From Myxococcota bacterium (GTDB lineage: Bacteria > Myxococcota_A > UBA9042 > PHBI01 > JAWLBL01): DNA of 64,000 nucleotides. Location of the stretch: assembly GCA_041687695.1 (NCBI GenBank), contig JAWLBL010000002.1:230761-294760 (forward strand), in the 5' to 3' direction. Below the pieces are notes generated by a model that was not told where the DNA came from, did not search any database, and was given only the letters and a program-made list of their open reading frames with translations. Shown in pieces: positions 49,684 through 60,800 of the stretch; the first letter of the stretch is position 1; every line of letters starts with the position of its first letter. A program made the translations under genes and the position numbers.

Positions 49684-51123
49684 ATGAGCGACACTGACCA
49701 GGCTGGGACCAGCCAGCGGCCCGACGTCCGCGTCGAGCGCGACACCATGGGCGAGGTCGAGGTCCCCGGCTGGGCCTACTGGGGCGCCCAGACGCAGCGG
49801 GCGGTCCAGAACTTCTCGGTCTCGGAGCTGCGCATCCCGCCGCCGCTCATCCGCGCGCTGGGCCTCGTCAAGCGGTTCGCCGCCCAGGCCAACGGCGAGC
49901 TGGGGCTGCTGCCGGCGCCGCTGGCCGCGGCCATCGCCGACGCCGCGACCGAGGTCGCCGAGGGCCGCTGGGACGACCACTTCCCGGTCGACGTCTTCCA
50001 GACCGGGTCGGGCACCTCGTGGAACATGAACGCCAACGAGGTCGTCGCCGCCCGCGCCGCCGAGCTGCTCGCCGAGCGCCTGGGCGAGGCGCCGCGCGTC
50101 CACCCCAACGACCACGTCAACCGGGGCCAGTCGTCCAACGACGTCATCCCGACGGCCATCCACCTCGCCGTGCGCATGGAGGCGGGCGACCTCACGGGGG
50201 CGCTCCAGGCCCTGCGCCGCGCCTTCGAGGACAAGGCGGTGGAACTCGACGACGTCGTGCGCATCGGCCGCACGCACCTGCAGGACGCCGTGCCGGTGAC
50301 GCTGGGGCAGACGCTGCGCGCGTACGCGACCCAGGTCCGCAAAGGCGCCGAGCGGGTCGAGGCGACCTTCGCCCGGCTCGAGGAGCTGGCGCTGGGTGGC
50401 ACCGCGCTCGGCACGGGCGTCAACGCCCACCCGGAGCTGGCGCCGCGGGTCATCGCGCGGCTGGCCCGGCACCTGGGGGTCCCGTTCCGTCCGGCCGACG
50501 ACCGCTTCGAAGCCATCAGCGCCCGCGACGCCTCGGTCGAGCTGATGGGCGCCCTCAACACGGTCGCCGTCTCGCTGATGAAGATCGCCAACGATCTCCG
50601 CCTGATGTCGAGCGGCCCGCGCGCCGGGCTGGGCGAGCTGACGCTGCCCGCGCTCCAGCCGGGCAGCTCGATCATGCCGGGCAAGGTCAACCCGGTGATC
50701 CCCGAGATGGTGGTCCAGGCCTGCGCCTTCGTCATGGGCAAGCACCTGAGCGTCACCATCGCCGGGCAGAACGCGCCGCTCGAGCTCAACATCATGATGC
50801 CGCTCATCGCCCACGAGACGCTCGCCGCGGTGTCGCTCCTGGCCAACGTGAGCCGCGCCTTCGCCGAGCGGTGCGTCGCCGGGCTCGACGCCAACCGCGA
50901 GCGCTGCGCCGAGCTGATCGCCTGGAGCCTGGCCATGGTCACGCCGCTGGCCACCCGCATCGGTTACGACCGGGCGGCGCGCATCGCCTACCGCGCCTCG
51001 GCCGAGCGGCGCACCGTCCGCGACGTCGCCCTCGAGGAGGGCGTGATGACGGCCGCCGAGCTGGACACCGTGCTCGATCCGATGCGCCTCGCCCGGCCTG
51101 GCGACGGCGGGCAAGCCACTTGA
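49684..51123 (+). CDS. fumC: Class II fumarate hydratase
   Basis: GAQTQR, QTGSGTSWNMNANEV, HPNDHVN, GRTHLQDA, GSSIMPGKVNP; AGGAGG RBS. Confidence 0.93.
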   Translation: MSDTDQAGTSQRPDVRVERDTMGEVEVPGWAYWGAQTQRAVQNFSVSELRIPPPLIRALGLVKRFAAQANGELGLLPAPLAAAIADAATEVAEGRWDDHFPVDVFQTGSGTSWNMNANEVVAARAAELLAERLGEAPRVHPNDHVNRGQSSNDVIPTAIHLAVRMEAGDLTGALQALRRAFEDKAVELDDVVRIGRTHLQDAVPVTLGQTLRAYATQVRKGAERVEATFARLEELALGGTALGTGVNAHPELAPRVIARLARHLGVPFRPADDRFEAISARDASVELMGALNTVAVSLMKIANDLRLMSSGPRAGLGELTLPALQPGSSIMPGKVNPVIPEMVVQACAFVMGKHLSVTIAGQNAPLELNIMMPLIAHETLAAVSLLANVSRAFAERCVAGLDANRERCAELIAWSLAMVTPLATRIGYDRAARIAYRASAERRTVRDVALEEGVMTAAELDTVLDPMRLARPGDGGQAT

Positions 51124-51179
51124 CGCCCGGGTGACGGCCGCCCTAGGTTCCGCGCTTCCTTGAATCGAGGAGCCGGAAC

Positions 51180-51674
51180 ATGAAGCGCTTCGTGATGGCC
51201 TTGACGGGTCTTTCGCTGCTGGCCGCGGCCCCGCTGGGCGCGGGGTGCAGCAAGTCCGAGGGTGGCGCCGAGGGTGGCGCCGAGGGTGGCGCCGCGGCGC
51301 CGGCCGACGACGTGAAGTGGCCCGCGCAGCCCGCTTCCGGCGCGCCCGTCGCGCTCGAGATGGTGCAGCTGACCGGCGAGGGCGACCGCCGCGCCGCCGA
51401 GATGCGCGTCTTCAACTTCAGCGACAAGGCCGTCACGCGCGTCGACCTGACCCTGCAGTACCGCGACGGGTCGGGGGAGCTGGTCAAGGACTTCCCGTGG
51501 GGTCAGCAGGCCTCGCCCAACCTGGTCGACGCCAAGGGCCACAAGACGGCCGAGATGGGCGCCTTCCTGCCGCCCGAGACCGCGCGAGTCACCGCGGACG
51601 TGCGCAAGGTGACCTTCGCCGACGGGACGACCTGGGAGGCCCCGGAGGCCCCGGCGCCGACGGGCGCGCCCTGA
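51180..51674 (+). CDS. Small hypothetical lipoprotein
   Basis: GAGGAG RBS; lipobox GAGC; GAGGGTGGCGCC x3; VTFADGTTW. Confidence 0.72.
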   Translation: MKRFVMALTGLSLLAAAPLGAGCSKSEGGAEGGAEGGAAAPADDVKWPAQPASGAPVALEMVQLTGEGDRRAAEMRVFNFSDKAVTRVDLTLQYRDGSGELVKDFPWGQQASPNLVDAKGHKTAEMGAFLPPETARVTADVRKVTFADGTTWEAPEAPAPTGAP

Positions 51675-51830
51675 TCTGAATGCGACGCTCGGGCCGCGGC
51701 GCCCCGCGCGCGGCCCGAGGCTCGTTCCGTATACGAGCTCGCGGGGAGGGGTTTCACCGGCCCGTCCGCCGCACTATCATGCGGCGCGTCTCGGGGTGTT
51801 GCCCACCGCGTGTGGGGCAGGGGGAAAACG

Positions 51831-54800
51831 ATGCTGCGTCGTAGCCAGGGTTCGAACCGTCCGCTGTGGGTGGACGGGGCGCTCAGATTTGGTCTCGCGT
51901 GTCTCGTCGCTGGCGCCGTGCTGGCGCAGCCGTGGCAGGCGCTGGCCGAATGCGGCGACTCGGTCGTCGACGACGGCGAGGACTGCGACGGCGGCGGCGT
52001 CGACACGGTCGACTGCAACGCGGACTGCACGGCCGTGTCTTGCGGCGACGGCTACACCAACACCGAGGCCGGCGAGGCCTGCGACGACGGCGGCGTCGAC
52101 ACCGCCGGCTGCAACGCGGACTGCACGGCCGTGTCTTGCGGCGACGGCTACACGAACACCGCGGCGGGCGAGGCCTGCGACGACGGCGGCGTCGACACCG
52201 CCGGCTGCAACGCGGACTGCACGGCCGTGTCGTGCGGCGACGGCTACACGAACACCGCGGCGGGCGAGGACTGCGACGACGGCGGCGTCGACACCGCCGG
52301 CTGCAACGCGGACTGCACGGCCGCCAGCTGCGGCGACGGCTACACGAACACCGAGGCGGGCGAGGCCTGCGACGACGGCGGCGACACCGCCGCGTGCAAC
52401 GGCGACTGCACGCTGCCCGAGTGCGGGGACGGGTATTGGAACGAGGCCGCGGGCGAGGGCTGCGACGATGGCGCCGAGACGGCCAGCTGCAACGCGGACT
52501 GCACGGTCGCCGAGTGCGGCGACGGCCTTGTGAACGCCGAGGCCGGAGAGACCTGCGACGACGGCAACGCCGGTGGCGGCGACGGGTGCTCGGACGCGTG
52601 CGTGGCCGAGACGGGCTTCGAGTGCCCGACGCCCGGCGAGGCGTGCACGTCCATCTGCGGTGACGGAGTGGTCGTGACCGGCGAGGCCTGCGACGACGGC
52701 GTGGGCAACGGCACGGGCGAGGGCAAGTGCCTGAGCGACTGCTCGGGCGTGCAGACCTGCGGCGACGGCAAGCTCGAGGGCACCGAGGCGTGCGAGACGT
52801 CGGGCGACTCGGCCGGGTGCAACGCGGACTGCACCCTGCCGGCCTGCGGCGACGGTCACCTCAACCTGGCGGCGGGCGAGGTCTGCGACGACGGCAACAC
52901 GGTCGGCGGCGACGGCTGCCGCGCGGACTGCCTGGGCGAGGAGGAGTGCGGCGACGGCCTGGTCGACGTGGGCGAGGCCTGCGACGACGGGGGCACCAGC
53001 GGCGGCGACGGCTGCACGGGGAGCTGCCAGCTCGAGGCGGGCTACACCTGCGACGGCGCGCCGACCGTGTGCGTGGCGTCGTGCGGCGTCGACTACGGCT
53101 TCGACGGCGGCGACCACAACTGGGTCGTCGGCGGGAGCGCGGCGGGCGCCTTCGAGTACGGCGCGAGCACCTTCCCAGGGGTGGCCGGGGGCGGGGTCGG
53201 CTTCGAGACGGCCCTGAACGCGGACCTGCCGGCGGGCGCGGTGGACACGTGGGTGCGCGGCCAGGTGCGCGTGCCGGCGGCGAGCAACGCGACCAAGACC
53301 GAGCTGGTCCTGAGCTACGCGCTCGAGGGCAACGGCGCCGACGGCTGCGTGACGGTCTACGTGAACGACGACGGCTCGACCGCCTCGGGGCAGGTCCATC
53401 AGGACTGCGCGACCAGCGCCGGGACCGTCGAGGCGGTGGTCGACCTCAGCGCCCACGCGGGCACCAGCCGCTTCATCGTGGTGCGCTTCCAGGCCAGCGA
53501 CTCCGAGGGCTTCGCCGGCCTGTTCCTGGACCGGGTCGCGGTGCGCGCGGACGAGGACGGCGACGGCGTGTGGGAGTTCGAGCCGCAGGCCGCCTGCGAC
53601 AAGTGCGTCGACAAGGACGACGACGGCTACGGGCACGCCAGCAGCCACGACCTGGCCAGCTGCTCCGCGGGGGCGACCGCCGACTGCAACGACGCGGTGG
53701 CGGCGATCCATCCGGGCGCGACGGAGATCTGCGACAACACGGCCGACGACGACTGTGACGGCCAGGTCGACCTGGCGGACGCCAACTGCAAGGAGGACTG
53801 CACCAACGGCGTGGACGACGGCGGCAACGGCCTCGTCGACTGCCAGGACGTCTTCTGCGCGGCCGACGCCTTCTGCGACCCCTGCCAGCGCGAGTGGACG
53901 TTCACGACCGGCCCCGGCAAGTGGACCAGCGACAACGCGACCCTGTGGCAGTACCTGCCGACGTACAGCGGCGACGGCCCGAACGATGGCGTCTGGAAGA
54001 CCGGCGGAACCGAGACGGTGCGCGACGCCTTCGGCGGCAACGGCACCTACACGGGGCGGGTGAACCTGCAGCTCGAGGTGCCCGCCATCGCCGAGGGCGG
54101 CCCCAAGCCGACCCTGGTCGTGCGCTTCCGCCACCAGGGCGACTCGGGCAACAACACCGACGTCTTCGGCGTGTGCATCAACCACGCGACCTGCACCTTC
54201 AACAGCACCAGCGTCGTCTACAAGCGCGCGACCCCCACCGGCGGCAGCTACATCAACTCGGACCCCATCGATCTGAGCGCCTACATCGGCCAGACCATCA
54301 CGCTGTCGCTGCTGTACGACACGGTCAACTCGAACCAGAACGACAACCACGGCGTCACGGTCAGCGCGGTGCGCCTGTTCTCGGACGCCGACGGCGACGA
54401 GCTGTTCGAGGGCCCCGACGTCGCCTGCGACCCCTGCTGGGACGTGGACGCCGACGGCTACGGCCACCCGCTCAGCCCGGATCTGGCCGCCTGTCCCTTC
54501 GTGCAGCCCGACTGCGACGACGGCGTGCTGGCCATCAACCCGGGCGCGACCGAGGTCTGTAACACCCCCGAGGACGACGACTGCGACGGCCTCGTCAACG
54601 GCTTCGACGACGACTGCGGCGTCGAGGACTGCGCCAACGGCAGCGACGACAACGGCGACGGCCTGGTGGACTGCGCCGACCCGGTCTGCGCCGGCGACCC
54701 CTGGTGCGCCATCTGCGGCCGCGAGTTCACCTTCACGACCGGCGGGGGCGGCTGGGTGGCCTCGGACAACGACCCGGACGCGAACGCCGGGACGCAGGTC

Positions 54801-57800
54801 TTCCAGTGGGGCACCAACACGGCCGAGGCGGACGCCGGCTGGGAGACCATGCTCAACGCCAACGTCTCCACGGCCGGCAGCGGGCGCGTCCTGGCCCACC
54901 TGGCGCGCAGCGTCTTCGTGCCGACGACCATGCCGGCCCCGGCCCTCGAGATCACCTACCGCCTGACCGGCGAGCCCAACGTCGCCAAGGACATCTTCGG
55001 CGTCTGCCTCGACAAGACGACCAGCCAGTGCGACGCGACCCAGGCCGCCAACGTGGCCTTCCAGACGGGCACCAACACCCCGGTCGGGCCGACGCTTTCT
55101 AAGGCCATCGTGCCCATCCCCGACGCGCGCAAGGGCAGCACCCTGGGCATCGTCCTGTTCTACGACACGCTCGACGGCTCGCAGAACGCCACGCCGGGCG
55201 TGTTCATCGCCTCGGTCACGCTGCGCAGCGACATGGACGGCGACGGCCACTTTGAAAACGCGGACGCCAGCTGCGACCACTGCCTCGACGCGGACGGCGA
55301 CGGCTACGGGGACGCCTCCAACCCCTTCAACGATCTCAACGCCTGCCCGTTCGCCATCGCCGACTGCGACGACGCCGACCCCGACACCCACCCGGGCCAC
55401 GCGCAAGAGGTGTGCGGCGATCCGCTCGGCAAGGACAACGACTGCAACGGCAAGGCCGACCTCGAGGAGACCGTCTGCTCGAGCTGCGGCAACGGCATCG
55501 TCGAGGCGGGCGAGACCTGCGACGACGGGCCGGGCGGCGCCCAGGACGTCGACGGCGACGGCTGCTCGACCACCTGCCAGACCGAGCCGGGCGCCATCTA
55601 CATCACCGAGATCCACGTGCCCAAGCCGGGCGGCAACCCGGGCGAGCAGTGGATCGAGATCTACAACTCGTCGCCGGGCCCGATCGACCTGGTCTCGCTC
55701 GATCTCCGCATCAAGAACCTGGTCGGCGTGACGCAGTCCTTCGTGAACGACTGCACGCCCATCACCTCGACCGTCATCGCGGGCACCAGCTTCTACGTCA
55801 TCGGCTTCGGGCCGGCCCAGGCCTCCGACGGTCTGGGCCCGGACGCGACCTGCTCGAGCCTGCTGCAGCTGTCCGAAGGCGGAGACCGCGTCGAGATCAG
55901 CGCGGCCGGCACGGTCGTCCTCGACGTGGTCGACTACTCGAGCTTCGGCTGCCACCTCGGCAACATGGTGACCGACGGCGTCGGCCGGTCGTTCGTCCTG
56001 ACCAACGCCACCGGCCGGTCGAACGCCACCAACGACTCGCCCAGCGTGTGGTGCCTCGCCGGCCCGACCGAGGACTACTCCGCGTCCGGCAAGCACCGCG
56101 GCTCGCCCAAGACGGTCGGGGGCTGCGCCGAGTTCGCCTGCGACGGCGTGGACGACGACTGCGACGCGACGACCGACGAGGCGCTGCCCGACGACGACGG
56201 CGACGGCGTGTGCAACCAGCAGGACTGCGCGCCGGCCAACGACAAGTGCGCCACGGACTGCTCGGACATCGATCTCGACGGGCTGCTCGACTGCGTCGAC
56301 GCGTGCATCGACGGCGACGGCGACGGCTACGGCGTCAGCTACCCCGAGCGCGGCGCCGGCGTGTGCCTGGGCACCGACTGCCGCGACGACAACGCCTTCG
56401 TCTTCCCCGGCGCGCCCGAGGCGACCGGGTCCGAGTTCAGCTGCGTCGACGGCATCGACAACGACTGCGACGGCCTCGTCGACTGCTCGGACACGGGCTG
56501 CTTCGACGAGCCGGCCTGCGCGGGCGAGATCTGCCAGGCGGCGGTCGACGTGGTCTGCGGCCAGAAGCTGCAGGTCCAGCCGGTGTTCAACGACTTCCCC
56601 TGCGGCTTCGGGGCCGACTACGTGCTGCGCTTCGTCGCGCCCAAGAGCGAGCAGGTCGTCTTCAAGCTCAACAACCTGGGTAAGCGCCAGTACGGCATGT
56701 CGGTCTTCGCCGACGGCTGCACCAACGGCCAGTGCTCGGGCAGCCTGCTGACCTTCGGCTCCGGCTGCACCAACGGCGGCAGCGACGCCATCAACGCGGT
56801 CGAGGGGACCGAGTACTTCCTGGTGGTCGACGAGGTCGACACCTGCAGCCAGGGCGCCAGCACGGCGGTCGAGGTCACCGTGTCGTGCCAGGAGATCTGC
56901 GACTCCGGCGTCGACGAGGACGCCGACGGCTTCACCGACTGCGCCGACTCGCAGTGCGTGGGCGCGGCCAGCTGCGCCGGCGCCGACTACGACAAGGACG
57001 GCGTGTCCAACGCCGACGAGATCACCTGCGGCTCCGACCCGCTCAACAACCTGTCCAAGCCGACGCCGGACGACCTGCTCGACGTCGACCAGGACCAGGT
57101 CCTCAACTGCGTCGACCCCGACGACGACGGCGACGGCTTCTCGGACGCGGTCGAGGCCTCGCAGTGCCTGCTCAACCCCACGGCCAAGAACGACGCGACC
57201 ATCTACCCGGGCGCTCCAGAGACGCTCGACAGCTGCTCCAAGCCCAACCTCGACAACGACTGCAACGGCTACTACGACGCCACCGAGGCCAAGTGCGGCG
57301 CCAAGGAGACGAGCTGCGCCAACTTCATCGACGACGACGGTGACGGCCTGACCGACTGCGCGGACACGGACTGCGTGCCCAGCGTCGGCTGCTTCGACGT
57401 CGACTACGACGGCGACGGCGTCAGCAACGGCTTCGAGATCTACTGCAAGACCGACCCGGTCGACCCCAACAAGAAGCCCTCGGCCCAGGCCGCGTCCGAC
57501 ACCGACGGCGACGGCGTCCCCAACTGCGCCGACCTCGACGACGACGGCGACGACTTCTCGGACGTGGAAGAGCTGCTGTGCGGCAGTAACCCCCTCGACC
57601 CGAACTCGATCCCCGCCGACAACGACCAGGACGGCCAGTGCGACGCGGCCGACCCGGACGACGACAACGACGGCTTCCCCGACAGCATCGAGCAGGTCTG
57701 CAAGAGCGACAGCCTCGACCCGCTGTCGACGCCGCTCGACCCCGTCCACGACATCGATCAGGACGGCATCTGCAACGAGCAGGACACCGACGCCGACGGG

Positions 57801-60800
57801 GACGGCTGGACCAACAACATGGAGGCCGTCTGCGGGACCGATCCCCTGTCGGGCGCGTCGAACCCGGTCGCCAACGGCCTCGACGTCGACGGCGACGGGC
57901 TGTGTGACGCGCTCGACACCGACGACGACGGCGACGGCTGGTCGGATGAGAAGGAGATCCTGTGCGGCACCGACAAGAACAACGCCGACAGCGTGCCCAT
58001 CGACGCCAACGGTGACGGGATCTGCGACGTGCTCGACCAGGACGCCGACGGCGACGGGTGGAGCAACGCCGAGGAGGCGCTGTGCGGCACCGACCCGCTC
58101 GACGCCGGCAGCAACCCGACCGCCAACGGCCTGGACATGGACGGCGACAAGCTGTGCGACGAGGTCGACACCGACGACGACGGCGACGGCTGGTCGGACG
58201 TGCTCGAGGGCCAGTGCGAGAAGGACCCGAAGGACCCGCTCAGCGTGCCCGTCGACACCGACGGCGACGGTATCTGCAACACGCTCGACAACGACGACGA
58301 CAACGACGGCTGGCTCGACCCGATGGAGCTGCTGTGCGGCACCGATCCGCTCGCCGTCGACGACTTCCCGACGGACACCGACGGCGACGGCGTGTGCGAC
58401 ATGGTGGACGCCGACGCCGACCCCGACGGCGACGGCTGGGACACGGCGACCGAGACCTTCTGCGGGACCGACCCCAAGGACGCGGCCAGCACGCCGGTCG
58501 ACACCGACGGGGACGGGCTGTGTGACGCCAAGGACACCGACATCGACGACGACGGCTGGAGCAACGACGCCGAGGTCCAGTGCGGCACCGACCCGATGCT
58601 GGCCTCGGACGTGCCGGTCGACACGGACGGCGACTCGATCTGCGACGCCGTCGACACCGACGACGACGGCGACGGCATGCAGGACGCCGACGAGCTGCTG
58701 TGCGGCACCGACCCGCTCGACAAGAGCGTCAAGCCGCTCGAGATCGATCTGGTCGACACCGACGGCGACGGCCTGGCCAACTGCGTCGACGGCGACGACG
58801 ACGGCGACGGCCTGCCGGACGTGGCCGAGCAGGCCATCGGCTCGAGCCAGTACATCAAGGACAGCGACGGCGACGGGCTGCTCGACGGCGCCGAGGACGC
58901 CAACCAGAACGGCGTGGTCGACGAGGGCGAGACCTCGCCCGTCCTCAAGGACACGGACAGCGACGGGCTGGACGACGGCCTCGAGGCCGCCAGCTGCTAC
59001 GCCGGGGTCGGCGACGCCCCCTGCGCGCCCAGCCTGGGCTGGGTCGCGGACACGGACGGCGACGGCCTGAGCGACGGGCAGGAGGACAAGAACCGCAACG
59101 GCAAGACCGACCCGGGCGAGACGTCGCCGCTGGTGGCGGACACCGACGGCGACGGCGCCAGCGACGGCGAGGAGGTCCTGTGCGCGACCGACCCGCTCGA
59201 TCCCGAGAGCTTCCCGGTCGACAAGGACCAGAACGGGATCTGCGACGGCAGCGAGAAGGACACCGACGGCGACGGCATCGCCGACGGGGTCGAGGTCTTC
59301 TGCGGGACCGATCCCAAGGACCTGGACTCCGTGCCCAGCCTGACGGATCTCGACGACTTCGACGGCGACGGCGTCATCAACTGCGCCGACGGCGACGACG
59401 ACGACGACGGCGTGCCGGACACCGACGAGCTGATCTGCGGCTACGACCCGCGCGACGGGACGGACAAGCCGACCGCGGTCGAGATCGCGGACAAGGACGG
59501 CGACGGCCAGCTCAACTGCGTGGACACCGACGACGACGGCGACGGACTGAGCGACGCCAAGGAGGCCGAGCTGGGGACCGACCCGCTGGACATGGACACC
59601 GACGACGACGGCATCCCGGACGGCCAGGAGGTCACGCTGGGCACCGACCCGAAGAAGGCGGACACCGACGGCGACGGCCTGCAGGACGGGACCGAGTTCG
59701 GCCTGACCAGCGGCACGGTCGACACCGACCCCGACAAGTTCCAGCCGGACCTGGATCCGACCACCACCACCGATCCCAAGAAGGCGGACACCGACGGTGA
59801 CGGCCTCAAGGACGGCGAGGAGGACGCCAACGGCAACGGGCGCATCGACGACGGCGAGGGCGACCCGCTCGACCCGAGCGACGGCCTGGCCGACACCGAC
59901 GGCGACGGCCTCATCGACCGCGACGAGGTCCACAAGTGGAACACGGACCCGCAGAAGAAGGACACCGACGGCGACGGGCTCGACGACAAGCTCGAGGTGG
60001 ACGTGTACTTCACCGACCCGCTGGATCCCGACACCGACAAGGGTGGCGTGTACGACGGCATCGAGGTCGAAAACGGCACGGATCCGGCCGACGGCGAAGA
60101 CGACTTCGACACGGCGGTGCTCAGCGGTGACAACGTCTTCGGCTGCGGCGGCGGCCAGGGGGCGGGGCCGGGGACCTGGCTGCTGGTCCTGCTGGTCGGG
60201 CTGGGGCTGGCGCTGCGGCGCCGGACGCGGCGCGTGGCGGCGATCGCCCTGTTGGCGACGTCGGCGGCGACGGCGGGCCCGAGCGGCGAGGCGCTGGCCC
60301 AGGCGCCCGCGGTCGGCAACGTGAACATCCAGGCCTTCACGCCGGCGGGCGGCCGCTACCGCGTGTGGTCGGTCGAGGAGTCGATCGTCGGCCCGGCGTG
60401 GACGCCCTTCGGCAGCCTCATCTTCCACGGCGAGCACGACAGCCTGCGGCTGCGCGCCGGCCGGCACGAGGAGCGCCTGGTCGCCGCGCAGCAGGTGGCC
60501 GACCTCAACATCGGCCTAGGGCTGTTCGACGGCCTGCAGGCCGAGCTGAACATCCCCTTCGTCGTCAGCATGGAGAGCGACGAGGACACGACCTCGATCG
60601 CCCCCGTCAGCGGCGGGGGCCTGGCCGACATGGCGCTGCGCGTCCGCGGCCGCATCCTCAACAACCTGCTGGGCGGCTTCGGCCTGGGCCTGTCGGGCGG
60701 CGTGACCCTGCCGACAGGCGACGGCGCGTCCTTCCGCGGGGACCCGGGGGTCGGCGTCCTGGTCAACGCGATCGCGGACTATCGGACCCCGTCGGTGGTC

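Noticed and set aside
60234..60302. Independent GTG start for the barrel-OmpA portion
   Set aside because: No evident RBS, and starting here would lose the basic n-region; not excluded but unsupported.
51777..60467. 2896-aa minus-strand ORF
   Set aside because: Antisense shadow of the giant Asp/Gly/Cys-rich gene; Val/Ala-rich with no motifs.
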